This document shows, piece by piece, positions 25,697 to 38,479 of a stretch of 64,000 nucleotides of DNA. This stretch comes from Octopus sinensis (taxonomy: Eukaryota), in the NCBI RefSeq assembly GCF_006345805.1, contig NC_043000.1:13578001-13642000 (forward strand), given 5' to 3'. The notes beneath the pieces were generated by a model that saw only the letters and a program-made list of their open reading frames with translations, did no database searches and was not told where the DNA came from. How positions within the stretch are numbered: position 1 is the stretch's first letter; each line of letters begins with the position of its first letter. Made by a program: the position numbers and the translations under genes.

Positions 25697-25838
25697 TATA
25701 TATATATATATATATATATAATAAAAGCAATTAAGATTCAAGTCAATTCTAATGAATTCACTTGAATATGGTACTTAACTTAGATGCACCAGAAAACTAT
25801 ATGGTGTTAACCAATACAGGAGTGTGGGGTGATTATAA

Positions 25839-25944
25839 ACGAGAAAAGAAGCAACAAGAATGGATTAGTTTTTAGTACAAAGCCTGTCTTTGTATGAAAC
25901 AATTGTACTAAAAACTAATCCATTCTTGTTGCTTCTTTTCTCGT
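25839..25944. repeat. Perfect 42-bp inverted repeat with a 22-nt loop, abutting (TA)n
   Basis: 25839-25880 is the exact reverse complement of 25903-25944. Confidence 0.95.
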
Positions 25945-26300
25945 ATATATTATATATATATATAATATATATATATATATATAATATATATATAATATAC
26001 ATATATATATATATATAAAGCATCATCTGAACTTGGTCAATGCCAGCCCCCTCGTCCTGACCAGCTCCTGTGCCGGTGACGCACAAAAAGCACCCAATGC
26101 ACTCTCGGAGTTGGCTTTAGGAAGCTGTAGAAACTCTGCCAGATCAGATTTGAGCCTGGTGCAGACTCCTGGCTTGCCAGTCCCCAGTCAAACTGTTGAA
26201 CCCATGCCAGCATGGAAAATGGATGTTAACGATGATGATGATGATGAAGAAGATAATGATGAAAAATATATATATATACACACATATATGTACATTTATA

Positions 26301-26358
<58 letters not shown>

Positions 26359-26433
26359 TAGGGAATAAATCCAAACTTACAGGGAAAAATCAGATTTAGG
26401 ATTGAATCCAATTTTATAGTAAAATATTATATC

Positions 26434-26514
26434 ATATTAAATTAGAGATAAAACCACTATTAGGCAAATCATACAATGATTTGCCTAATAGTGGTTTTAT
26501 CTCTAATTTAATAT
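26434..26514. repeat. Perfect 39-bp palindrome with a 3-nt loop, abutting (TA)n
   Basis: ATATTAAATTAGAGATAAAACCACTATTAGGCAAATCAT-ACA-exact reverse complement. Confidence 0.95.
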
Positions 26515-27574
26515 AATATATATATATATTATATATATATATATATTGTATAGAGGGCATTATTACACATAAATGCCTCACGCTAAGAGGGACAAAGTCA
26601 TTACTACCAAAATTATACTAATCATACCCAAATGCAGTTTTTTCAAAGCAAGACATTTAAAAAATGAATTTAGTTCTGTATCACCGTGATTTCACATTCA
26701 ACTTTACGTCTTATGATCCTCAGCAGAACTGATTCTGAACACATCATAAATAAACTACCAACCTTACGTAGCGAAGACGAACAGACAACTGCTCACTCCG
26801 GCCAAGCACATGGAATGTTTATAAATCATATATCCGGTAAATGGCGGGCTTTTTATACAATATAGATATAATTAATTTGTTCAAAAGAGAAAAAAAATTA
26901 TTTTCGAATTCTTTTCTTTTATGAGGTTTTCACGCTAGCTGCCCGATAATTTCTTGTTAAGATCCCTTATTAAGAGATTATCCTTAATTGTTATATATAT
27001 ATATATATATATATATATGCATATATACATACATATATGTACATACCTATATATATATGTGTGTGTGTGTGTATCCATATGCATATATGTATGGGTACAA
27101 GACGTCATAAAACGTAAGCCACATGAAATATGAAATATGAAAGCATGGAATACAAACTTTTCTTCTGAACAATGAAAGAAGCAAATGGAAAACAAGACAA
27201 GTAACATAAAGAACGACCCTTCATCAGTTGACGGCTGTTTTATCTACTTCCCATTTCGAGCAATTGTCATAACATCATCATCTTAATATCCGCTAAATGA
27301 TGATGATGATGATGATGTTATGTATATAAATATATATATATATGCCTACATATGTATATGTGTATGAGATCTGCTCAAGATATATATATATATGTATATG
27401 TATATATGTGTGTTGTGTGTGTGTGTGTGTATGTAGGTAGGTATGTAGGCATGTATGCATGTGTCATCATCATCATCATCATCATTGTTTAATGTCCACT
27501 TTCTATGTATATATATACATACACACTCATACATATATATCTATATATACACACACATATATATATATATATTC

Positions 27575-28028
27575 TCTTTTATTCTCTTTTACTTGTTTCG
27601 GTCATTTGACTGCGGCCATGCTGGAGCAGCGTCTTTTAGTCAAGCAAATTGACCCCAGGACTTATTCTTTGTAAGCCTAGTACTTATCCTATAGGTCTCT
27701 TTTGCTGAACTGCTAAGTAACGGGGACATAAACACACCAGCATCGGTTGTCAAGTGATGTTGGGGAGACAAACACAGACACACAAACACACACACATCAT
27801 CATCATCATAATCATCATCGTTTAACGTCCGTTTTCCGTGCTAGCACGGGTTATATACATATATACGACGGGCTTCTTTCAGTTTCCGTCTACCAAATCC
27901 ACTCACAAGGCTTTGGTCGGCCCGAGGCTATAGTAGAAGACACTTGCCTAAGGTGCCATGCAGTGGGACTGAACCCAGAACTGTGTGGCTGGTAAGCAAG
28001 CTACTTACCACACAGCCACTCCTGTGCC
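27575..28028 (-). mobile_element. tRNA-derived SINE, family A (contains an RTE-tail fragment in its linker)
   Basis: Matches the family A consensus; (CAT)n CGTTTAACGTCCG fragment at about 27796-27850. Confidence 0.85.
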
Positions 28029-28191
28029 TATATATCTACATATATATACAAATATACATATATACATAAATATATATATACATATATATATATAAATACA
28101 TACATACATACATATATATGCATATATCTATCTATCTCTCTCTATATATATATAGTCATTCACACATGTATACATATAGATACACACACAC

Positions 28192-28223
<32 letters not shown>

Positions 28224-28674
28224 TATATATATATATATATATACACACACATATATATACAAATATGTATACACACACATACATATATATATATTTATAT
28301 ACATACATATATACACACATACATACACACACACGCACACACTCACACTCACATAATACTACCACCACATCCAGCAGCACCATTACCACCTCCTTACATT
28401 GCCGCACTATATTCGCCCACCACCGCCACATAACATCTCCTACCCTGGTGTAATTTGGGTCAAATAGTTTTGAACACCACTAATCTTAAGTTAGCAATTC
28501 ATGCATGTAATACAACAAAACTGCATTAATGAAAGTTTGGCCTAGTTATCTAACAGTGATAACATTAATTCAAACAAGGCAGCGGCGCTACAGCAGCAAT
28601 GGAACCATTTGCCCACACACATAGTAGATATCTATGTAGATACACATACGCATATACATACATACATACATACA

Positions 28675-28751
<77 letters not shown>

Positions 28752-28923
28752 ATTGGTGAATTGAAGAAATGGAGCTGAACGCAGATTGAACAGAAATCGT
28801 TTTATTTCATTCTACACGTGTTGTACCTCCAACCGTGCTGTTTACTGCTGTGATTTTTGCTACTAAGGTATCGGTTAAACTTTTGATTAATCTACTACAA
28901 GATTATTCATCTTTCTATTTCAC

Positions 28924-28989
<66 letters not shown>

Positions 28990-29020
28990 TACACACACAC
29001 GTACATGCATATACATACAC

Positions 29021-29051
<31 letters not shown>

Positions 29052-29119
29052 ATATATACACACACACGTACATGCATATACATACACATATATATATATA
29101 TACACACACATACATACAC

Positions 29120-29152
<33 letters not shown>

Positions 29153-29327
29153 CACATATATATATATATATTATATATATATATATACACACATACATAC
29201 ACATATATACACATATATCATTTATATATGTATATTTATAAACTCATGTATATGCATGCATTCACACATAATCACATGCACATACATACATATGTATATA
29301 TTATATATATACACATATATATATATA

Positions 29328-29358
<31 letters not shown>

Positions 29359-29443
29359 CATACACATATATATACATATATATCATTTATATAAGTATAT
29401 CTATAAAGTCATGTATATACATGCATTCACACATACTCACATG

Positions 29444-29474
<31 letters not shown>

Positions 29475-29644
29475 GCATATATATATGTACATATGTGTTT
29501 CTTTAATTTGTTTTAGCCATGTGGCTGTAGTCATGCTGGAGCACCACCCCCATGACCTTTGTACCCTTTCAATAACCCTCTTTTGTGTTTGATTTCTTCA
29601 ATGTGGTGGGAGTTCATATCATCCCTCTTGCATATGCTTTTTTC

Positions 29645-30790
29645 TTAGTTATTGGCTAAATTGGTGGATGAAAGTGTTTGACACCGCTACCTTCATCTGT
29701 ACTTTGTGCCAAAATGTTGGTTCATTGGGTATCATGGATAGCAGAATGTCTAATTCCCTTTTGAAGATACCCACATACACAATATGTAGATTTTTAAATT
29801 CTTCTGGCACATCATTGAAGAGCTGTGGGCTTTTGAACACCAAGTTATTGCTATATTTGGTCCACACTTTAGACAGTACCTCTGGTACTATGCAATGGTA
29901 TCAGGTACAGGTATTTGTATAACATTTGATGCTGAAGTTAGGTACAAGCCATTTCAGAATTTCCTGTATGTAAACTATTCCATATTTCTCGTATCTCACT
30001 CTAGGGAGTAAATTTATAGTTTTTTCAGCCTCAGTCAGTAGTTCATCTGCTGCACTGTGGCAATTCTTTCAGTGTAGAAGTATTGGAGCACTTCAAACTC
30101 CACTGTTAGTTTGATACTATGCAATAACCATAGTTGAGAGCAATAATCCTGGTGGCTGAGAACAGAGGTCTTCCACAGGGTCAACATACTTGTTAATCAC
30201 TTATCCTGAAGAACCTTGGTATCCATCTTGCCAATTGTCTTCACTTTGTCGCAGTCTTGGTAATGTGCTCATTACACATACTGATCCCCAAGTCTCTCAT
30301 TATCTGTGACTCTGAGATGGCAGTGCCTTTGGGTCCTGTATATGCAGGATGTGGTGCATTTAAGAGCTGATAGCACAGTGACTGAAATTTTCCAGCATTG
30401 AACTGCATGTTGTTTTGTTCAGCCCACTTGTATATTGCATTTAGGTCTCACTGCAAGTTAACGACACCATCAGGGTTCTTTATTGTCAGTGATAATTTTG
30501 TATCATTGGCATGGCTAGTGACAGTGACTATTTAAGTCTAAGAAAGCTCCAGTGAACAGTAATGGCCCCAGGACAGTTCCCAGGGGCACTCCACTCAGAA
30601 TTTGTGTTTCTATAGAGAAGGCAACATTGGCTGCAACTGCTTAAAACTTTTAAGAAGTCATATCGCCAGTCACCTAGTTTACCAACTATGCCAAGGTCTT
30701 GCTACTTGTGACATATCACACATGCCATGATCCACCTTGTCAAAGGCCTTTGCAAAGGCGTATATCAGCAGGATGTTGCCATATAGCCTG
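29645..30790 (-). mobile_element. Decayed CR1-type LINE, RT and C-terminal region
   Basis: Minus-strand motifs FAKAFDKVDHG, SGVPLGTVLGPLL and YANDTK (YADD-like), followed by KSPQLFNDVP..FKRELDILLSMIPNEP. Confidence 0.8.
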
Positions 30791-31074
30791 CTATAGCATT
30801 AGAAAGTCAGGATATACCATGACAGTAATTGTGCATTTGTTCAGGTGCCTTACAGATAGCAATCTGAATTCCTGGATATCTTTTCCTGCTGTCCATATTT
30901 TCTGTTATACAAATTGAAATTTTCAGGCCAAAATTTATAGCCAAAATGCACATTGACTATAATGGTCCAAAAATTCCATGTGAAATGCAGCACAATTTGG
31001 AAAGATCATGATGATGTTTCAATGTTTACACTACATACTTACACTACATACTATGATAATGTATATGTCAGAAA

Positions 31075-31650
31075 ACATGGTTAAGCAAAAAATAAACCAC
31101 TTTATTTAACCACATGATTTCGGGTTCAGTCCCACTGCATGGCAACTCAGGCAACTGTCTTCTATTGTAACTCTATGCCAACCAACACCTTGTGAGTGGG
31201 TTTGGTAAATGGAAACTGAAAGAAGCTCAATGTGTGTGTGTGCACACATGTGTGCATGTGTATGCACGCATGTGTGCATATGTGTGAGTGTATGCGTGTT
31301 TCCATGTGTGAGTGTGTGTGCATGTGTGTGTCTGTGCATGTGTATGTGTGTCTGTGCATGTGTATGTGTGTCTGTGCACATACATGTATGAAAATATGTG
31401 TGTGTTTGTGTCTCATTGTCTTGACATCAAATGAGAATTGTAAATGAGTGTCACTGTCATACAAGCAGTGTCATTCATTTCCAATATTCTGAAAAACCAC
31501 ATTTGGCTGTGGGGAACTATTACCTTGCTTGGAAACAGGTGATGATTAGCAACAGGTAATGCTACTGGCCATAGAAAATCTGCCTCAAAAAACTCCATCT
31601 GACCCATGCAAGCATGGAAAAGGGATCATTAAAACGATGATGATGACATG
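31075..31650 (+). mobile_element. SINE family A head and core with an RTE-type (GAT)n tail
   Basis: GGTTCAGTCCCACTGCATGGC head, (TG)n linker, then CATGCAAGCATGGAAAAG..TTAAAACGATGATG; related copies near 7250-7700 and 33455-33800. Confidence 0.65.
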
Positions 31651-31669
31651 CTTACAGACAGTTAGATCG

Positions 31670-32420
31670 AGAGGATGAGATAGAGAGGGAGAGAGAAAAA
31701 GGGAAAAGGGAAAGAGACACACGAATAGGAAGGACGAGGAAGAGGAGAATGGTAAACAGAGTGATAGGAAGAAATGTAGGAGACATACATACACCGAGGG
31801 GAGAGAGAGGGAGTGAGAGGGAGAGAGACAGTGAGATTTTGAGAGAGAGAGATGGAGAGACAGAGACAGAGAGACAAAGAGAGAAAGAGAGAGAGACAGA
31901 CAGTGAGAGTTTGAGAGAGAGAGATGGAGAGACAGAGACAGAGAGACAAAGAAAGAAAGAGAGAGAGATGGACAGTGAGAGTTTGAGAGAGAGAGATGGA
32001 GAGACAGAGACAGAGACAGAGAGACAAAGAGAGAAAGAGAGAGAGACAGACAAACAAAGAGAGACAGAGAGAGAGGCAGAGAGACACAGATAGAGGAAAT
32101 ACACTGAAAGGAATGTACACACATATAGATACCTAGAGAATGAGGAGAGAGAGAGAAAGAGAGAGAGAGAGAAAGGGAGAGAGAAAGAGAAAGATAGAGA
32201 GACACACACACAGAGGAAACATTGAAAGGGATGTACACATATACCTATAGAAAGAGAGACAGACAGAAAGAGAAAGAGAGAGAGAGAGACACCCAGAGAT
32301 GCACACACAGAGAAGAAGCACTCTGAATGGAATGTACACATATAGACACACAGAGAAAGAGGAGAGAGAAAGAGAAAGAGGAGAGAGAGAAAGAGAACAA
32401 GAGACTGGAGTTGAGCGAAA
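31670..32420. repeat. (GA)-rich microsatellite/minisatellite with repeated blocks of about 60 bp
   Basis: Recurrent GACAGTGAGAGTTTGAGAGAGAGAGATGGAGAGACAGAGACAG blocks. Confidence 0.9.
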
Positions 32421-32680
32421 GAGACACAAACAATGTCAAGGAAAGACTGTGAGAGTAAATATAGATTCAGGGTATTGTGGTATATTGTATTATAAATTAA
32501 TATTTACATTGAACATCATATGTATTGTTCTAGTCTCCATATGTCAGCACAGTATGGCACAGTGAAGGCAGACCACACATATTGGCTATAGAATAGATGC
32601 TGGTAATGTTATTGCTGTTCAACCCTAGGTCAGTTCTGACTGAGTTGACCTATGATCAAAGCTATTCCAATTGTGACAAT

Positions 32681-32734
<54 letters not shown>

Positions 32735-32825
32735 ACATGAAAACACAAAGAGAAAACACAACAACACGAGGACGGGGAACAAGTATAGTGTTATTGGACA
32801 CTCAGGAAAGAAGGAAAGAAGGAGG

Positions 32826-32861
32826 GTTTAACGTTTCGAGCAGAGCTCTTCGTCAGAAACA
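32826..32861 (-). ncRNA. Minimal type I hammerhead-ribozyme motif with an intact catalytic core
   Basis: Minus strand UGUUU-CUGACGA-A-GAGC(UCU)GCUC-GAAAC-GUU-AAAC: both core boxes, 4-bp stem II, stem I GUUU/AAAC, loopless palindromic stem III AACGUU. Confidence 0.65.
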
Positions 32862-32949
32862 TAGGAAAAGGAAAGATCCAAAGAAGAGAAGACAGAGAAA
32901 GAAAATCGCCAACGGTACACACGCAGTCAGATTTTATATATATATATAA

Positions 32950-33344
32950 ATCAAAAATCAAAAATCAAAGAATCAAATCAAAATCGATGAACATCAATGA
33001 AATTTGTAGTTTTGTGGTACCAGTGCCGGTCGGTGGCACATAAGAAAACCATCCGAACGTGGCCGTAGCCAGTACCGCATTGACTGGCCTCTGTGCTGGT
33101 GGCATGTAAAAAACATAATCCGAGCGTGGCCGTTCGCCAGCTTCGTCTGGCACCTGTGTCGGTGGCACATAAAAAGCACCCACTACACTCACGGAGTGGT
33201 TGGCGTTAGGAAGGGCATCCAGCTGTAGAAACACTGCCAGATCTGACTGGCCTGGTGCAACCTTCGGGCTTCCCAGACCCCAGTTGAACCGTCCAACCCA
33301 TGCTAGCATGGAAAGCGAACGTTAAACGATGATGATGATGATGA

Positions 33345-33348
<4 letters not shown>
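32950..33348 (+). mobile_element. RTE 3'-UTR copy
   Basis: (TCAAAA)n lead-in, CACTACACTCACGGAGTGGTTGGCGTTAGGAAGGGCATCCAGC, ending GTTAAACGATGATG. Confidence 0.85.
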
Positions 33349-33415
<67 letters not shown>

Positions 33416-34080
33416 TATATATTATATATATAATATATACCTTTTTCTTTTTCAGGCATGGCTGTGTGATTAAAAAGCTCAGTTCTCAACCATGTGGTTT
33501 TAGGTTCAAACCCACAGCGTGACACCTTGGGTAAGTTCCTTCTACTATAGCCTCAGATCAACCAAAGCTTTGTAAGTCGATTTAGTAGACAGAAACTTAA
33601 AGAAGCCTGTCGTATGCGTGTGTGTGTGTGTTTGTCTTGACATCATGTGAGAGATAGAAGTGACCGTCACCATCATAGAAGAAGCGTTGTTCATTTCCTA
33701 TCTTCCATGAAAACATGTCCAGCAATGCAGAAACATTACCATGTTTGGAAACAGGTGAAGTATTGGCAAAAGGAAATGCCTCAAGGAATTTCTGTCTGTA
33801 CAAATTTCCTTGCTGGTTGACAGGAATTACAAACATAAAGTTCAAGTGATGTAATATCAGTGTTGATAAACTGGTAATGGCGATGGTGATGATGGTGGTG
33901 ATGGTACACATTTTGGTGATTGTAGTATAAATGTATAAATATTGCAAGGATGCAGCTGCATTAAAATTGCATGTAGCAATAAGATGTAATAATTAAAAAC
34001 CAAAATCTTAGGATATAAGGGGTAGTATGTATTGTCAAAAGTCAGTCAATAAAGTTCCAAAATAAGGAAGAGTATGTGGA

Positions 34081-34467
34081 TGGAAGCACTCAGTTGGTTA
34101 CGACGACGAGGGTTCCGGTTGATCCGAATCAACGGAACAGCCTGCTCGTGAAATTAACGTGTAAGTGGCTGAGCACTCCACAGACACGTGTACCCTTAAC
34201 GTAGTTCTCGGGGATATTCAGCGTGACACAGAGAGTGACAAGGCCGGCCCTTTGAAATACAGGTACAACAGAAACAGGAAGTAAGAGTGAGAGAAAGTTG
34301 TGGTGAAAGAGTACAGTAGGGATCACCACCATCCCCTGCCAGAGACTCGTGGAGCTTTTTTGGTGTTTTCGCTCAATAAACACTCACAACGCCCGGTCTG
34401 GGAATCGAAACCGCGATCCTATGACTGCAAGTCCGCTGCCCTAACCACTGGGCCATTGCGCCTCCAC
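34081..34467 (-). mobile_element. SINE family C, tail variant 1, full length with TSD
   Basis: A box TGGCCCAGTGG and B box GGTTTCGATTCC on the minus strand; TSD GGAAGAGTATGT at 34066-34077 and 34468-34479. Confidence 0.92.
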
Positions 34468-35074
34468 GGAAGAGTATGTATGTCATAGGAGAAACATAAA
34501 TTGGAATGATATGGGCCATTTGTCTTTTATCTTTTATTTATGACAATCAATGGGCAGCAGCCATGCACTGCCTCGAAGGGTTTTAGTCTAACAAATCAAT
34601 CCCAGTATTTAATTTTCTAAGGCTGTTACTTACTCAATCAGTCTCTTTTTGCTGAACTGTTAAGTTATGGTGCTGTAAACAAATGAACAGTGGGGTGTGG
34701 TGGAGGAACAACACAGATACAAAGACACAAACATACCATGGATACATACATATATCAAAAGGATCAAAGGTTCTTTCTTGAGGTATAGGCTCACAAAGCT
34801 AGTTTCCCCAGATTTGGTGGTGTATATATTACTTGCTGGACAGGATGCCAGTCTGTGGCAAAACTACTTATTATTGCCAGCTGACTTGACTGGAGCAATG
34901 CGAAATGAAGATTTTTTTTACTTAAGAATACAATGCATTACCTGGTCCAGGAACTGAAATTGCAATCTTACGACCACAGGTGCAACACCCTAGATATGAA
35001 GTCATGTGCCTCCACACAAGCAAGCATGCATGCACGCACACACACACAGACACACACATGTGTATACTGTTTCT

Positions 35075-35295
35075 TATTTCTTTATTGCCCACAAGGGGCT
35101 AAACATAGAGGGGACAAACAAGGACAGACAAACAGATTAAGTCGATTACATCGACCCCAGTGCATAACTGGTACTTATTTAATCGACCCCGAAAGGATGA
35201 AAGGCAAAGTCGACCTCGGCGGAATTTTAACTCAGAACGTAACGGCAGACGAAATACGGCTACGCATTTCGCCCGGCGTGCTAACGTTTCTGCCA
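35075..35295 (-). mobile_element. SINE family D
   Basis: Reverse complement of the 15538-15761 type. Confidence 0.85.
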
Positions 35296-38092
35296 CAAAG
35301 CATTGGTCAGCCCAGGGTTATAGCAGAAGGTGCTGCACAATGAGACTGAACTCAAAACTACATAGCTGCAAAAAAAGGCTACTTAACTACACAAACATGC
35401 TGGCACCTGGACATCTGTAATATTTCTGAGGGGAAAAAAAATGCAATAATTATTCACTGTAGAGGGTAGTTATTTGGTGACTAGAAACATGTAATGTTAC
35501 TCATATTGTTAACAGTAGTTGATGATAACAGTGTGAATAGGAATGGTGAATTTAGTGGTGTTGGAATGCATAGTTGCTGGTAGTGATAACATAGATGATA
35601 GCAAGAGGTTTTGAACTTGTGCTAATGCTAATGATGGCAATAATTGTGATAGAGACTAGAAATAGACTGGTGTTTGCTAGTCTCATAGGAGCCAAATTCT
35701 TATGACTCAAATGTTACAGTAAGGGTGGGGAATTGAAACAAGTACACTCCTTTATATGAAAACAGTGAAAAAAGGGGGAGAAAATGAGGAAGAAAAAGGA
35801 AAGGATGTTATGATAGGAAAAAGTTAAAAAATGTTTTGTTAGCTCTCCTTGACTTATCCCTAAAATAATTGAGCTTAAATCAGAGAGAGAAGGAGTCATA
35901 GAAGAGAGATGAAGCAAATTAATGTTAAAGAAGTAAAAAGTAATAAAAATAATAATAATATAAAAAAAAGAAATAAAAATTATCGGAAGAGGTATTGAGA
36001 AGAAAATCTAAAAATGTGCACGTCTGAAAGTAATTTATTTGTTGCAACGATAAAAGCAAGCCTTTATTTTCACTTAGTTCTTTGAAATATTATCTCAGGG
36101 AATGGTGAAGGAATTCCCCAGCAGTGTTCACAGGACCCTTAAGTTTAACACCTACAACTAAAAATAAATTGTACTTTATAACCCAGTAGCATCGCCAATA
36201 TGTTCCTCTGTAGGGTGTCCCAAGAGAAGCAATATGCTACAGTCCTCACAAGCTAAGTATGAAACGAAGATTGTTGATGACCTTGACAATTAGATAATTA
36301 ACTGCATAAGGTTCACATCTCTATTACAGTTTGAATAGCTCATCACTTCATTCAACAGAAGTGAATTAAATTTAATGAAATACAAAAACCCTTTCATTCT
36401 GCTTTCTTTCTTTTTTTTTTTAAATTCTTCATTGAAATATTTTTTGCACCTATTTTATTCTTTATCAGTGTGGGTTGTATTTTACTGCAAATATTTACAT
36501 TTGCATGGATTATTAGATTGAAACATTTAGTTATTAGAAAACTTCCCAACCATGTGGTCTTGAGTTCAGTTCCACTGTGCAGCATCTTGGGTGAATGTCT
36601 TCTACTAAAGCCGCCGGCTGACCAAAGCTTCATGAGCAAATTTGGTAGATGGAAACTATGTGGAAGCCCATTGTATGTGCATATATATATGAATTACATT
36701 GCTTGTATGACAATAACACGCATTTATAACTATTATGCCATGTCTCGATAAGGAGACACAAACATACACACACTCACAAACACATATATATGACAGGCTT
36801 CTTTCAGTTTCCATCTGCGAGATCTACTCACAAGACTTTGACCTAGCCCAGGGCTATAGTAGAAGACACTTGTCTGAGGTGGTATGCAGTCGGACAGAAC
36901 CCAGAACTATATGGTTGGGAAGCAAACTTCTTAACTATACTACCACGTCTCTGCCTACACATCTGTCCTTGTGCCTTATTTACTAATCAGACCAGCTTCG
37001 AGAACTTTCTGTAAATAGTTTTGTTATGGTCATATATTCTGCTGTGGATCCAACCAATCCTTCTCTAACAAAGGATTGTTATTTACTAAAGTCTCCCATA
37101 TGTGACAGCCAGGTGGATAACTTCAGCATCCTCTTAGATATCTCCTACATTTTACACACAGCCAAAGATCTTTTTATTTTTTTTTTTTTACCTGATCCTT
37201 AAGACTTACCTGACTTCCACAATACCCATTCCCCTGAATGGGATGCTAGTCCATAGCAGGTTTAACTTACCAGTTATTGTTGGAACATATTTACTGCTGA
37301 GTGAACTGGAGCAACATGAAATGAAGTGTTTTACTTAAAAACACAACGAACTGCCTGGTTCAGGAATCGAACTGACAATCTTGCGTATTATGCATGCAAT
37401 ACTCTAACCACTAGACATGTGTCTTCACTTACAAGCAAAGATCACAACCGTAAAATGGTTCACTTGTAGCTGCAACGCAGTTATGCTGTTAAAGGACACT
37501 ACCCATATTTGAAGGAAGTCAGCATTCTTTGGGGTAGATCCTCAAGAGCTGAAAGCCCTTCTGTTACCATCCCTCACCTGTTTCCAAGCAAGATGATATT
37601 TCTCTATAGCTGGACATGCTTTCATGAAAGATTGGAAATGAAGGACACTGCTTGTATGATCGTGGCACTTATTTAACGACTGTCATGTGATGTGAAAACA
37701 AGGAGACACAAACACACCCATACCCTGCTCCACACATGTACACACATACATGTGTATACATGCATGCACACATACACACATACACACATGCACACACACA
37801 TACATGCTTCTTTCAGTTTCTCTCTTCCAAATGCATTCACATTTGGTTGACCTGGGGCTATAGTAGAAAACTCTTGTTTAAGGTGCTAAGTGGGACTGAA
37901 CAGGAAGCAAACTTCTTAACCATACATTTATGCCTAAAATAAAGGATTCCTTTATACATCATATAGTCTGCAAGAACTCTTATTGCCCAGGTAGAAGCCT
38001 TTACCAAAAGAACTTTTAGTAACTTCATAGAATCCTCTTCTCATTCCCTTCTTAAATGAAATGAATCTTTTATGCAATACTTCCAAACATAT

Positions 38093-38479
38093 GTGGAGGC
38101 ACAATGGCCCAGTGGTTAGGGCAGCAGACTCGTGGTCGTAGGATCGCGGTTTCGATTCCCAGACCGGGCGTTGTGAGTGTTTATTGAGCGAAAACACCAA
38201 AAAAGCTCCACGAGGCTCTGGCAGGGGATGGTGGTGATCCCTGCTGTACTCTTTCACCACAACTTTCTCTCACTCTTACTTCCTGTTTCTGTTGTACCTG
38301 TATTTCAAAAGGGCCGGCCTTGTCACTCTCTGTGTCTCGCTGAATATCCCCGAGAACTACGTTAAGGGTACACGTGTCTGCGGAGTGCTCAGCCACTTAC
38401 ACGTTAATTTCATGAGCAGGCTGTTCCGTTGATCGGATCAACCGGAACCCTCGTCGTCGTAACCGACGGAGTGCTTCCA
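38093..38479 (+). mobile_element. SINE family C, tail variant 1, full length with TSD
   Basis: tRNA-like head; (TCCA)n tail; TSD ACTTCCAAACA at 38079-38089 and 38492-38502. Confidence 0.92.

Noticed and set aside
27190-27265. CUGAUGA/CUGACGA on the minus strand here and at about 45496 as hammerheads
   Set aside because: A possible stem I and GUC exist, but there is no GAAA box in a geometry that closes stems II and III.
38093-38170. tRNA-like sequences (here and in the other SINE heads)
   Set aside because: A/B boxes continue directly into SINE bodies bounded by TSDs; there is no complete cloverleaf acceptor stem.
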